Shown piece after piece: positions 1 to 16,093 of a stretch of 64,000 nucleotides of DNA (position 1 is the first letter of the stretch; each line of letters opens with the position of its first letter). The DNA lies in NCBI GenBank assembly GCA_964016885.1, contig OZ024750.1, positions 6,696,001 to 6,760,000 of the forward strand, in the 5' to 3' direction. The stretch comes from Eledone cirrhosa (Eukaryota). The position numbers were made by a program, and so were the translations under genes. A model generated the notes under the pieces. It saw only the letters and a list, made by a program, of their open reading frames with translations. It was not told where the DNA came from and made no database searches.

Positions 1-517
1 ACAAGGAAAGATCGATATCCTTTAGAAAGAAAGAGAGATAGTAGGAAAAGAATTCTTCATTGATGCCCTTGTGACTTTAAAATAGACGTTAAAAACCCAA
101 TCAATTAATCAATCAGATAGTTAAATATATCTTTCAGGAAACTTCCGGAATTTTTCAATTTATTTTCAGTGTACTTTCTATATAATTAAGGTTAAGTTCA
201 CCAGACTTAATATTGATTCAAAACTCATAATTTGCTATAATCTTTCTACTCTGCCTCCCAGATTTTTCTTCCATTAAAACTAAACTCAAGATCGATATAT
301 ATACAGCAACTTTTATTTGTCAGTTGAATGATTAAGTTAAATCATTTGCCCTTGTAATTTTTTTTTTTTAGAAAATATCCAAGTTTTTTAAATTATCTGA
401 CCCATACCAGCCATAAAAATAACCCCCACTTACATATATATACATATATACAGAAACAGACACCCCTTCCCTCTTGTCCCTCACTATCTTCTCTTCTAAT
501 ATATACATATATATATA

Positions 518-559
<42 letters not shown>

Positions 560-700
560 GTTTTATGGGCTTGTGTGATAAACACACTAACACTGAATTG
601 AAAACTCATATACTGTGTATAGAATAGAGTCTTAGTAAGATTTGTAGTTAATAATTACTGTTCAGCAAAACTTCACTGTTAATAATAAATATTTTATATT

Positions 701-731
<31 letters not shown>

Positions 732-732
<1 letters not shown>

Positions 733-914
733 TTTAATATAGATGAGATTCTACAGGACTAGAACTGTTTCATTCTTTAGAAATCATCAGGAATCTTCTA
801 AAGAATGAAACAGTTCTAGTCCTATAGAATCTCATCTATATTAAAACTTCTATACTCTGCTATGTATTGGGTACCTTACTTACTGTGGTTACCTCCGATT
901 CAACCCGGAATAAC
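732..914. mobile_element. Fold-back Penelope-like terminal repeat fragment (family A) between TA-rich tracts
   Basis: Inverted arms 732-782 / 796-846 (one mismatch) plus tail to 914; homologous copies at 26773-26964 and 55813-55929. Confidence 0.65.
747..795 (-). ncRNA. Type I hammerhead ribozyme motif, family A
   Basis: Minus strand GAUUC-CUGAUGA-U UUC UAAA GAA U-GAAA-CAG UUCUAGUC CUG-UA|GAAUC: complete core, 5-bp stem I, 3-bp stem II, stem III, GUA cleavage triplet. Confidence 0.8.
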
Positions 915-1032
915 TTACCTATATATAAAATATATATATGTGTATGTAAAAGGTAAACAGAAATAACAACACAATCGGTAGAGTATAAAGAAGGGATATA
1001 TTAGGTTAATGCTTGAAATATCAGGAAGAGGG

Positions 1033-1068
1033 TCTTAACGTTTCGGATGCTAGTCCTTCATCAGAAAA
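1033..1068 (-). ncRNA. Minimal type I hammerhead motif, family B
   Basis: Minus strand UUUU-CUGAUGA-A GGA CUAGCA UCC-GAAA-CG-UU|AAGA; palindromic ACGU in place of stem III; downstream tail (945-1030) homologous to 47043-47128. Confidence 0.72.
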
Positions 1069-1160
1069 AAGAATGAGAAATAAGATAAATTGAAGAAACA
1101 GGTGGCTTGGAATTGGAAAAAATGTCTTTAGATAAAAATAACAGGTCCATTCTATATATA

Positions 1161-1205
<45 letters not shown>

Positions 1206-1209
<4 letters not shown>

Positions 1210-1615
1210 TTGTTTCTACTTTTGACACAAGGCCAGCAATTACCCCAGTGCATTACTGGTACTTTATTTTATCGACCCCGTAAGGATGAAAGGCAAAGTT
1301 AACCTGGCGAGATTTGAACTCAGACTGTAAAGGGACGTAACTATGCATAAAAGCATGGCGTCCAACCCTCTACCGATAATGCCAATCCACCGCCCTTTAA
1401 TAATTATAATAATTATATTAATAATAATTGTTTCTACTTTAGGCACAAGGCCAGCAATTACTCAGTGCATTACTGGTACTTTATTTTATCGACCCCGTAA
1501 GGATGAAAGGCAAAGTCAACCTCGGCGGGATTTGAACTCAGATCGTAAAGGGACGTAACTACGCTGGAAAGCATGGCGTCCGACCCTCTACCGATACTGC
1601 CAATCCACCGCCCTT
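1206..1615 (-). mobile_element. Two head-to-tail Deu/Nin-domain-like SINEs (1206-1397, 1424-1615)
   Basis: tRNA-like head (TGGCAGTATCGG / GAGTTCAAATCCC), central GCCTTTCATCCTTACGGGGTCGATAAAATAAAGTACC, AT-rich tail; more than 10 copies in the window. Confidence 0.8.
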
Positions 1616-1721
1616 TATATTATATTAATAATAATAATTAATAAATATGGAAGAAGTGTCAAATTTTCATTAAGTTTATTCAGGTATGGCATGTGTTTCG
1701 CATTTGATCAGCTCAAGGTGT

Positions 1722-1744
1722 GTAGTAGTAGCAGTAGTAGCAGC

Positions 1745-1789
<45 letters not shown>

Positions 1790-1894
1790 TGTAGTAGCAG
1801 CAGCAGTAGTAGTAGTAGTAGCAGCAGCAACAGTAGTAGTAGTAGTAGTAGTAGTAGTAGCAGAAGCAACAGTAGTAGTAGCAGTAGTAGTAGT

Positions 1895-1929
<35 letters not shown>

Positions 1930-1969
1930 CAGCAGCAGCAACAGTAGTAATAGTAGCAGTAGCAGTAGT
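1722..1969. repeat. (AGT/AGC)n trinucleotide microsatellite
   Basis: Directly visible; explains the poly-S/V/L ORFs. Confidence 0.95.
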
Positions 1970-2408
1970 AATATCAATCTATATATTTCCCCTACTGCTG
2001 TTCCATCTGCCACTATCACTGCTAGTACTGGAACTCTCTTACCAAAATATATTGAAGAAGATATTAATTACTATTAGTGTTATGTTTTGTTGTTGTTGCT
2101 GTTGTTGCTGCTGTTGCTGTTGTTGTTGTTGTTTTTGTTGTTGTTGTTGTTGTTGCTGTCACTATATTTGTATTTTATTTTTATTTATATTCTCATCTTT
2201 ACCAGTCTCCCATGTCAAAGAAACATGTTTCCTTCCATTAACATGACCAAAATAAATGGAATAATAAATAAAATAAAATCACACACACATGCATAAATAA
2301 ATATATATATACATACATATATATATATATATATATATGTGTATATATGTGTATATATATATATATATATACACACATACACACACACACTTATGTATAT
2401 ACATATAT

Positions 2409-2481
<73 letters not shown>

Positions 2482-4724
2482 GAGAGATGTGGAGAGCTGC
2501 AGGGAGTGGAGAGAATTATATTATATGTGGCCAAGATTGAAATAAAATCTGTTTAGGATAGGAGAAAATATTTGACTTAGCTTTTCTCAGTAGGTGTCCC
2601 TCTACATAGTAAAATGGATATTTACTTTAAGAGTTTAACACTGTGTCTATTACCAAAGATAATGATGACTTTGGTATCAAATGGTTGAATTTTAAAGAAT
2701 ATTTGTTGCTTTTAGTCTTCCTTACTTTTTATTTATTTAATTCAATTTATTTCAATTTATTTCACTTTATTTATTCATTGGTAAATGTTAGTCTTAGAAA
2801 TTAGAAAGTTTTCCCCTTAGGGAAATGTCTATTTATACTAAAAAAAAAAGCTATTCAGAATTTTTAGTAAGGACTGGATAGAAAGAACAACAACAAAAAT
2901 ACAAAAAGCTTAAGTTTACTGAACCAAATTATGTCTTCCTTTGTTAGACTTCAAGATGTTCCCTAAAGATTAGTATCCAAAACAACCTAATTCTTTTATA
3001 TTTCTATAATACTTAGATTACTGTTTAGAAAACCTAGTAAATACAAGAAAAGCTAATGTTTAATCTCAAAATCTGTTTACAAAATTAGTTTCTTTTCTAA
3101 CCAGATTTCTTTTGGACACAATATTTTGAAACATAATGTTTTTATTACAGAGAAAAAAAAGAGTATTTCAGTTTCTTGTGTTTTGTAAGAATTTTCTTGT
3201 TCTCATTCTAATTGTAACACTAAAGAAGTAAAAAAAAATATTCTTTTTTTTTGTTGGTGAGGATAGTTTAAGACACTAGAAAAGTAAAAAAAAAAGAAAA
3301 AAAATCTCTATATATTTTTGGTAGGGATGGTTTAGTTGTGGTCTTTTCTAGTCTTGTAGTCTTGTATATTATGGTTTGCTCAGGTGAGTCAGGACTAAAG
3401 TATTGGAATTGCTAATTAAGCAATTTACTACTTAGTAACGAACTCATTACACCTTATAGTTTGTTTGTTTTTTGCACTATTTTGATTGAAGTAACAAGCC
3501 ATTATTGTGGACATGTTCACCTTTATAAAGATTTAAGGCTAATCTGACCACCGGAAAAATAATCATACTTATAAGTTATTGCTTATTGATCATATGGTTT
3601 TAGTTAACAATTGTCAATGAATTATACTTTAGAAGCCTCCAATCCATTCTACAAAAGATTCATCCTTGATTTATCATCTTATGCTTGCAATTACTCTATT
3701 ATCTTTGACATCTCCCAAGTATAATTCAGCCTGAGTTTCATCTCATTTGTTTCAAGTGTAGGATCCCACTGATTAAGACTGACCTTAACCTTTGATGTCT
3801 TCACTTGAGAATCTTTATCTTGCTGATGAAATTCTTTGTCATTTGAGCCATCATCTTATGATTCATATGTTATGCTTACAGTTGAGGCATAGCATCTTAC
3901 AGAAACAACTGATTCTCACTTTCATCTGTTTCATCTGATGTAGGAGATTATCATGAGATGAAATAACAAAGATTTGAAACAGAAATTATATCTCTCCTAT
4001 GTAAAATATGTTTTCTCCTCCATCCATTGATTAATGAAACTAACTAATGACATGGTTGCATAGCTAAGGACAGTACCATAATATATTTAAGTAGAGGAAG
4101 CAAGTTAGGTTAGTTCCAGTTGATCAGTCGCCCGTCATATTCCCTTAATTAACTACATAGCTAAATTAATAAGGAAAGAGTTGTTATGTATTGAGATTGA
4201 AGAAGTAATGGGAATCAGATCCATCAGTAGATTTGTCTTCGGGAAGTAGGGTTGAATAGAAGTAATCTTCTAATGAGCCAAGAAATTAATCATTAGAATA
4301 GCTGCACTTGAAAAGTTCTCCTAGTCTAATTAAGTGAATTTCAATTCATTTTGCTGATTTACATATTTTTCCATGTTCTCATGGGCTGCTAAATATTCTC
4401 AAGCTCGGAAATATTGCACGACCTTAGATTAAGATTTAAAGAAAAGTTGTTATAAATGGGATTCTGTGAGATTCAGTCTTTTCTCAGCTGTTTTTAGCAA
4501 AAAGTTGAATAAATTAAAATAATTACAGCTATAAAGTGAACAATGAATTCAGAATACAGTCCAATACAGTTTATGGAAATAGTTAACCCAATGCAAATAA
4601 CCATCATAATAGTTGATCACTATAAATAATTCATGCAAAAAATTGAGTCTTTCTACTTTTTACTACTTTCAGAGGCACTTTATCCAAATTGTTCAACTAT
4701 TATTATAGCCATCTTCATCAAAAT

Positions 4725-4992
4725 GTAAAGTGGTCGTGTAAGTGTCACAACAAAAAACATCCAGCCCACACCGTAAAGTGGTCGTGTAAGTGTCTCGACA
4801 AAAAGCATCCAGTCCACACCGTAAAGTGGTCGTGTAAGTGTCATGACAAAAAGCACCCAGCCCACACTGTAAAGTGGTCGTGTAAGTGTCATGACAAAAA
4901 ACATCCAGTTCACACTGTGAAGTGGTCGTGTAGGATTCACAACAAAAAGCACCCAGCCCACACTGTAAAGTGGTTGTGTAAGTGCCACAACA
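4725..4992 (+). repeat. 48-bp minisatellite (~5.5 units) derived from a SINE internal segment
   Basis: Unit GTAAAGTGGTCGTGTAAGTGTCACAACAAAAAACATCCAGCCCACACC; same motif inside the SINE at 31885-31985. Confidence 0.85.
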
Positions 4993-6918
4993 AGAATGTT
5001 ATCTTATATAATTACTAATGTGCATATTTAGAAATAAGGACTTTACATACATATCACCAAGTTTTTCATTAGAATCAGTTTCTATCCTGTACCACATGAA
5101 ACCACAGTAGCAAAACATTTTTGAAAAGTACAAAACAGCATTATTTGTGTATTACATCAAAATTTAAAGTCATTAATTTAGTTTACAGCAAATTTTGACA
5201 ATGATTATCTCACATAAAATCGAATCTATGAGATTTTGATATTTATTTTGAGAACAATATCTTAACATAAGTATGAGCAGCAGGTTATGGCTGATTTAAA
5301 CAGAAGGAGGTGAGAGAATTCTGGCTGGATACAGCCAGTTTAAATGCTAAAGGTTTAAAGAGAATTTCTCTCTTTATTCAACACTGTTCACTAGTGTTGA
5401 ACATTATTATGAAAATATAACCCTTTGTGAATATATTTCTAATGGATACATCCGATTTCAATTAATTATGAAGAATTTTGATGGATTTACTAAAATCCAT
5501 AATTATTTCATTACTATTATATGATAGCATCTTAATATACAGTGCTTATATAAAATTATATTGCAAGATTTTAATTAAAATAGAAACACTTTAAAAGTTT
5601 TAAATTTTTGTTTCATAGAACCAGGGACAGTTTTTAGACAAGTTGTTATCAAAAGGGTTAAATAAAATAACAAAAATTCCATTCACCCCTTCACCCCGTC
5701 ACCCACAAAAAAAATGAAAAAAGTAAAAAGAAAAAGAAATTCCTTTCTAAAGTGACCTATAAAGTGGACAAGTCAAGCCAGTTACTGCTTAAAGATGATC
5801 TGAATTAGGAACATTCCATAACAGTTTCAGATTTTATGAGGTCAAGTAAGTGACAGGAAATAATTGATTGAGCAATAAAACTGTGCATTAGGATGGTAGG
5901 AGTATTGAGTTGAACTCAATCTATCAAATGTAATGTTTTAATGAAGCTATTCCAAAATAACTTTGGATAGAAGCAAAGAAAAGAGGATTGAAACAGTATT
6001 TACCCTTGCACTTGACATCATCCCGATTAATTGCTTTTACCATTTTATTTTATTTCATTTTAGTCTCACTTATTTCTTCATATTATTATTATTATTATTA
6101 TTGTTGTTATTGTTATTGTTGTTGTTATTATTATTATTATTATTTGCTTTTCCCCCACTTCTTTGCATGCATACTTACACATTTATTCACATACTCCGCA
6201 CACATGATTGCACTCTCACACACATAAATGCACACACACACACACACATGCATACACACACACGAGCACATACGTGCACACACACACATCTACAAATACA
6301 AATACACATTTTATATATGGTAATGAGGGTTTGGATCAGGTCATTCTGTTCACTCATTAATCTAAATAACCTCAATGAGCCTCTGATATTAAAACCAGTT
6401 CTTGAAGCAGTCATAACCCCCTTCATCTGTCTACCCCCAGCCATTGCCCAATGGAAATCTCAAAGAGCCCCCCCCCCCCGTCACATACATGCCAACCTCC
6501 ACACACACCCAACCCTTGCCACCATTCTCACAATTTTACCCATAACAGCCTAAACCTCTCCTCCCACCCTGATTTACTTTCTAACCTGACTAGTTGGTTA
6601 GTCAATATGGAATTTTATCAATCTAGTTTCTTAATTAATCTTACTAATATAGACACATCCAGCTCATTTAAAGAAGGGTGTATCTGGAGGGCGGGCAGAG
6701 CAGCAGAGGAGTTGGGAGAAGGGTATGAGAGGTTGGGAGGCACGAGAGTTGGTGGAGGTAGAAAACAGGAGATAAATAAAAGCATCTCTTTAAGTACAAC
6801 AACAATATCTTTATGTGGTTGCTGAAAATGTTTAGAAATAGCAGCCATAAAACCCTTGAATCATACCCTATTTTATTTTTTTAAATATGTTGGAAGAGGA
6901 CAAATTGGATAATGTGGT

Positions 6919-6966
<48 letters not shown>

Positions 6967-6969
<3 letters not shown>

Positions 6970-7445
6970 TTACACTGGGAGATCCTAGCTAAAGCTAGAT
7001 CGTATAATGGAAATAAAAGACCATGCGGTCTTTGCACCGCTGAAGCCCTGGAAATATTCTACGCCAATGATCACATCTTAAACAAAAAATCTGAAGCAAT
7101 TTCGGCTTGTAAACACAAATTGCATAAAACTTTCCTGTATTACAGCCCCACATTATACCCTAACAGATAGTACGAACAATATGCAGATAATTTACGTCTT
7201 GATGTGGGAACGTCTTCACGAACCAAAGTATTGTCTACTTGTTTTCCTTCGGTTGCAACGTTTTTCGAAATATTTACTTCTGCATTCACAGATTGATATT
7301 TTTACTTTCAGAAGATCCCGTTAAGGGTGAAAGCAGCAATTCTTTTCTTAAACTTTAATCTGTCATTTTAATAAATATTTGCTCTAGGGTTCTTATATAT
7401 TTGAGCCCTCTTTGGATTTTAGTCTTCACATTTATTATTAATACT
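6967..7445 (+). mobile_element. 5'-truncated Penelope-like retroelement: GIY-YIG endonuclease C-terminus (6970-7170) plus 3' region
   Basis: LHWEILAKARSYNGNKRPCGLCTAEALEIFYANDHILNKKSEAISACKHKLHKTFLYYSPTLYPNR*; the W.IL...Y...C.LC..E..I...LNK.SE...C.H pattern is typical of PLE endonuclease C-termini; (TA)n on both sides; decayed hammerhead at 7309-7337. Confidence 0.8.
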
Positions 7446-7737
7446 ATATATATATATATATGAATGTATCAGTGGTATCTTGACTTACATCAGGGGCTGA
7501 TGTGCAGTAAAGTTGGCCCTCCCCATTAGTCTCTGAACATCTAAAGAATCTTATCAACCAGACTACACTAGGGACATCAAACATCAGACATAACATTAAA
7601 ACAGTCAAGTAGTAAATGGAATAAATGAACGCATTCAATCAAAACTGCTGCAGTCATAATGAAATTAATACTCTTAAACATAATTGCATAATTGGTTGCT
7701 TATATTATATATATATGTGTGTGTGTGTTTGTATATA

Positions 7738-7783
<46 letters not shown>

Positions 7784-7787
<4 letters not shown>

Positions 7788-7865
7788 TTGTCCCACAGTT
7801 TTCACAGGGCTTTACAATCCTAGAACACCTGCGAAAAATGAAAAATCGCGAATATTGGACATAGG
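7784..7865 (+). mobile_element. Possible pogo/Tigger-like terminal fragment
   Basis: GAGTTGTCCCACAGTTTTCACAGGGC...GCGAAAAATGAAAAATCGCGAATA after a TA run resembles Tigger-type termini; no partner end found. Confidence 0.35.
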
Positions 7866-8191
7866 TTCATAAAAATGCCTACAAACACCAAAATATAATG
7901 TAAAATATAACCCGGCAAATACAGTATATTGTTAATAATAATTTAGCTTAATAATTTAGTGTTAAAAGCAATGGAGTGGGGAGCTGATGATGATGGCGGT
8001 GGTGATGATGATGATGATGGTGATGGTGGTGGTGGTGGTGGTGGTGGTGGTGGTGGTGGTGGTGGTGGTGGAAGTGGTGGTGGTGAGTGTGATGACAATA
8101 GTGATTACCTTGAGGGTAGATGATGATGATGATGATGATGGTGGTGGAATACAGTGAAATACTAAATTGAAATTAGTAATGTGTGTATTTC

Positions 8192-8239
<48 letters not shown>

Positions 8240-8337
8240 GTCACTCCCTCTCCCCCCTCACTCTCCCCCCACCACCACCACCCCACTTCAACATGTTTGT
8301 GTAATTTACTTACCTATTTATTTATATATCAAATTAT

Positions 8338-8393
<56 letters not shown>

Positions 8394-9413
8394 ACATTTA
8401 TATATATATGTGTGTAAATATGTATATATATGCGCCACACACATATATGTGCATATATGTATGAGTGTATATATATATATGTATATATATATGCACCACA
8501 CACACACACACATATATCTATGAGTCTATATATATATATATATATATACACCTCTGTAACTAGTAACAGCCCCTTAACCACAGCTTGGTAAACCACTCCA
8601 CTGACATTTAATAAAACTTTCTGTATGTCACAATGGAGCAGACAAGAAGCAGAAATGTGGTGGCTCCGTGGGTGGTGAGTGGTGAGTGGTGGCATCTCCA
8701 CTAGACAAGTCACGACCAGATCTTCACCCACCCCACCCTTTCAACACGACCCTTCTCTCTACCTATATTTGTTTATTTATTTATCTATTTTGGCAGAGGA
8801 GAAAGAATGAACTGCTAAACTTTCTCTCCCTACCTACCTCTCTCCCTCTCTCTTCTCTCTCTACCTACCTCTCTCCCCCTCTCCTTCTGTCCCTCCCTAC
8901 CTCTCTCCCCCTCTTGCTCTCTACCTCCCTACCCCCCCCCCTCTCCTTCTGTCCCTCCTCTAATACAACACCATTTTGGCATCATCAACACCCTTCACCA
9001 TGCGACCGACCAAAATTTCCCATTCGAAAAGAGAGAGAGAGAGCTCTAGGTATTCACTCTACCTGCTAGAAATAGAAGCCAGGTATACCTCAAATCACAC
9101 TCTACTCTTGAGTCTCGAATAAACGCCCCCCCCCCCCATCCTCCGGCTTATTAATTTTTCAGATTTACCCCTCACCCCCATCCCTGCCTCTTATTAAATT
9201 GTTCGAAACTATCTCCTGCAAAATTTTATTTTAAGTGGTAGCATTCCTGCGACAATTAATTTTCCTTATAGATTAAAAAACATTATACATGACAAAAAAA
9301 TACATCATTAGAAATCCCATATGTTATAAAATAAATAGGATGGGTTGGGGTCTCAATGTGTAAACTAATCGACTAATTCTGGTTTTTAAAAAATAATCAA
9401 CATAGACAACCTG

Positions 9414-9758
9414 CTGTTTTTGTTGTTACTGTTACTGTCACTGATGTTGTTGTTGTTGCTATTGCTGTTTTTGCTATTGTTGCTGTTGTTGTTGCTGACA
9501 CTATTGTTGTTGTTGCTGTTGCTGTCACCTTTGTTGGTACTGACACTGTTGTTGTTGTTGTTGCTGATGCTGTTGTTTTTGCTGCTGTTACTGTTGCTAT
9601 TTTTGTTGTTAATGCTGTTGTTGTTGTTGTTGTTGTTACTGACACTGCTGTTGTTGTGGTTACTGATGCTGTTGTTGTTGTTACTGTTGTTGTCACCTTT
9701 GTTGGTATTGATACTGTTGTTGTTGTTGTTGCTGTTGTTGTTGTTGTTACTGACACCG

Positions 9759-9793
<35 letters not shown>

Positions 9794-9831
9794 ACTGACA
9801 CCGTTGTTGTCACCTTTGTTTGTACTGATAC

Positions 9832-9862
<31 letters not shown>

Positions 9863-9925
9863 ACTGACACCGTTGTTGTCACCTTTGTTTGTACTGATAC
9901 TGTTGTTGTTGTTGTTGTTGTTGCT
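9414..9925. repeat. Compound (GTT)n-based minisatellite
   Basis: GTT runs with recurring ACTGACAC and GTCACCTTTGTT spacers. Confidence 0.9.
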
Positions 9926-10108
9926 ATGGGTGGACATGATGCTAAACGTGATACATGTCTGTGAAAAGTTGAAAGTGAAGGCTGACAATACATGTGTGAA
10001 ATTCCTTTGAAATTTCCAAAATTACTTTACGTGTGACCTATTCTAACGTTACCCTGGGAACGTGGGTAGAGGCAGCAGCTACCTGGGAGTTTATCTATGT
10101 AGAGCTCT

Positions 10109-10430
10109 GTATGTCTGTGTCTGTGTCTGTGTCTCTGTGTGTGTGTGTGTGTGTCTGTGTGTGTTTGTGTAGCTGTGTTAAACATTATCTGTGTGTGTGT
10201 TTGTGTGTGTAGCTGTGTTAAACATTATCTGTGTGTGTGTGTGTTTGTGTGTGTGTAGCTGTGTTAAACATTATCTGTGTGTGTGTTTGTGTGTGTGTGT
10301 AGCTGTGTTAAACATTATCTGTGTGTGTGTGTGTTTGTGTGTGTAGCTGTGTTAAACATTATCAATGTGTGTGCTTGTGTGTGTGTGTTTGTGTAATTGT
10401 GTTCATATGTGATAACTGTGTTAAACATTA

Positions 10431-10466
<36 letters not shown>

Positions 10467-10495
10467 TGTGTTCATATGTGATAACTGTGTTAAAC

Positions 10496-10531
<36 letters not shown>

Positions 10532-10595
10532 TGTGTTCATATGTGATAACTGTGTTAAACATTATCTGTGTGTGTGTGTGTGTGTGCCTGTGCTT

Positions 10596-10633
<38 letters not shown>

Positions 10634-10685
10634 CTGTGTGTGTGTGTGCCTGTGTGTGTGTGTGTATATGTGTGTGTGCGTGTGT
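10109..10685. repeat. (TG)n array with recurring CTGTGTTAAACATTATC spacer
   Basis: Spacer repeated about 9 times between variable TG tracts. Confidence 0.9.
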
Positions 10686-10784
10686 AACTTATTTTGTAAA
10701 TGTCAGAGAAAAAAGCTAGTTGTAGAAGTAATGAAATTGTCACTGACTAAAATAAATGGTTTTGTTGTTAGTTAATGTTGTTGT

Positions 10785-11442
10785 TGATGATGATGATGAT
10801 GATGATGGTGATGTCGGTGGTGTTGGTGAGGATGATGTAGATGATGATGGTGATGATGTAGAGGATGATGATGATGGTGACAATGATGATGATGTAGATG
10901 ATGATGATGATGATGGTGATGTAGATGAGGTAGATGATGATGATGATGATGGTGACAATGATGATGTAGATGATGTAGATAATGTAGATGATGATGATGG
11001 TGATGAAGTAGATGATGATGATGATGTAGATGATGATGATGGTGATGGTGATGTAGATGATGTAGATGATGATGATGATGATGGTGACAATGATGATGTA
11101 GATGATGTAGATGATGTAGATGATGATGATGGTGATGAAGTAGATGATGATGATGATGTAGATGATGTAGATGATGATGATGGTGATGAAGTAGATGATG
11201 ATGATGATGTAGATGATGTAGATGATGATGATGGTGATGGTGATGTAGATGATGTAGATGATGTAGATGATGATGATGATGATGGTGACAATGATGATGT
11301 AGATGATGTAGATGATGATGATGGTGATGAAGTAGATGATGATGATGATGTAGATGATGTAGATGATGATGATGGTGATGGTGATGTAGATGATGTAGAT
11401 GATGATGATGGTGATGGTGATGTAGATGATGTAGATGATGAT
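10785..11442. repeat. (GAT)n-based compound microsatellite
   Basis: GAT/GTA/GGT triplets; gives the poly-Asp ORF. Confidence 0.92.
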
Positions 11443-11715
11443 AGTAAGGAAAGTCTTAGCCAAGACGATGCAAGAGTCTGAGCCAATGAATGACACATCT
11501 GCAGTGTGTCAATAGAAATATGCTAACTAAAAGGTTAGGTAGTAATCTTATTTTTTTTAAAAGAAAAAAGGTATGTCTATATTTATACATATGAGAGAGA
11601 GAGAGAGAGAGAGGCTGTGTGTATGTGTGTGTGTGCGTGTGTGTGTGTGTGTGTGTGAAGCCAACGGGGGAGAAGGTGAAATGACTTTTTTTTGTCAGTC
11701 TTATATTTTACTGTG

Positions 11716-14740
<3,025 letters not shown>

Positions 14741-15114
14741 GTGTGTCTGTGATGAGTGAGAGAGAAAGTGAGAGCAAGTTTAGGTGTTACAATCTTATTT
14801 ACAACCACTTTCCCAGAACTTTGGACAGACAGAAGTTCAGAAAAAACAGAATCAACGTTTCTTTAACACCCTCTACTAAATGATAAGACAGACATAGTCC
14901 ACCCTTCTTCATCTTCATCAAATGCTGCCAGTGCTCAATAGGCCAAATGTTCATTTATGGAGAATAAGATGAGCTAATGCGAGCAGTGTACAGTTTTACT
15001 GTGAATTGGATGAGAAAGGATGCTATTTGCAATAAATTAAGCTAGATGGGGTGGTGGTTATTTAACACTTTTGTGACTGTTATTTAACTCTTCCTAATGA
15101 AATACTCTCTATTT

Positions 15115-16093
15115 AATAATAATGCTTTCTTTATTAACCACAAGGGTTGACACAAAGTATAACATTAAGGACAGCTCAGGACAATACAGGACAATACAGG
15201 ACAATACAGGACAATACAGGACAATACAGGATGGTACAGGACAATACAGGACAATACAGGACAACACAGGACGGTACAGGACAATACAGGACAATACAGG
15301 ACAATACAGGACAATACAGGACAACACAGGACAATACAGGACAACACAGGACAATACAGGACAATACAGGACAATACAGGACAATACAGGACAATACAGG
15401 ACAACACAGGACGGTACAGGACAATACAGGACAACACAGGACAGTACAGGACAGTACAGGACAATACAGGACAATACAGGACGGCACAGGACAATACAGG
15501 ACGGCACAGGACAATACAGGACAATACAGGACAATACAGGACAGTACAGGACAATACAGGACGGCACAGGACAATACAGGACAACACAAGACAATACAGG
15601 ACAATACAGGACGGTACAGGACAATACAGGACAATACAGGACAACACAGGACAATACAGGACAATACAGGACGGCACAGGACAATACAGAACAACACAGG
15701 ACAATACAGGACAACACAAGACAATACAGGACAATACAGGACGGTACAGGACAATACAGGACAATACAGGACAACACAGGACAATACAGGACGGCACAGG
15801 ACGGCACAGGACAATACAGGACAACACAAGACAATACAGGACAATACAGGACGGTACAGGACAATACAGGACAATACAGGACAACACAGGACAATACAGG
15901 ACAATACAGGACAACACAGGACAATACAGGACAATACAGGACAGTACAGGACAATACAGGACGGCACAGGACAATACAGGACAACACAAGACAATACAGG
16001 ACAATACAGGACGGTACAAATGGGCATTTCTGGGTGTAAAAAAAGACAAAAACAGAGTATGTAACAAAAAGAAACAATGAAAGATTCCCCAAT
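15115..16093 (-). mobile_element. LINE 3' UTR fragment with expanded 10-bp satellite (ACAATACAGG)n, ~85 units at 15171-16020
   Basis: Both unique flanks match, in reverse complement, the flanks of the 19-unit array at 33931-34120. Confidence 0.8.

Noticed and set aside
10756-11481. 241-aa Asp-rich ORF resembling acidic biomineralisation proteins
   Set aside because: Entirely a (GAT)n-based microsatellite, also open on the opposite strand, with no non-repetitive domain or splice support; similar tracts occur throughout the window.
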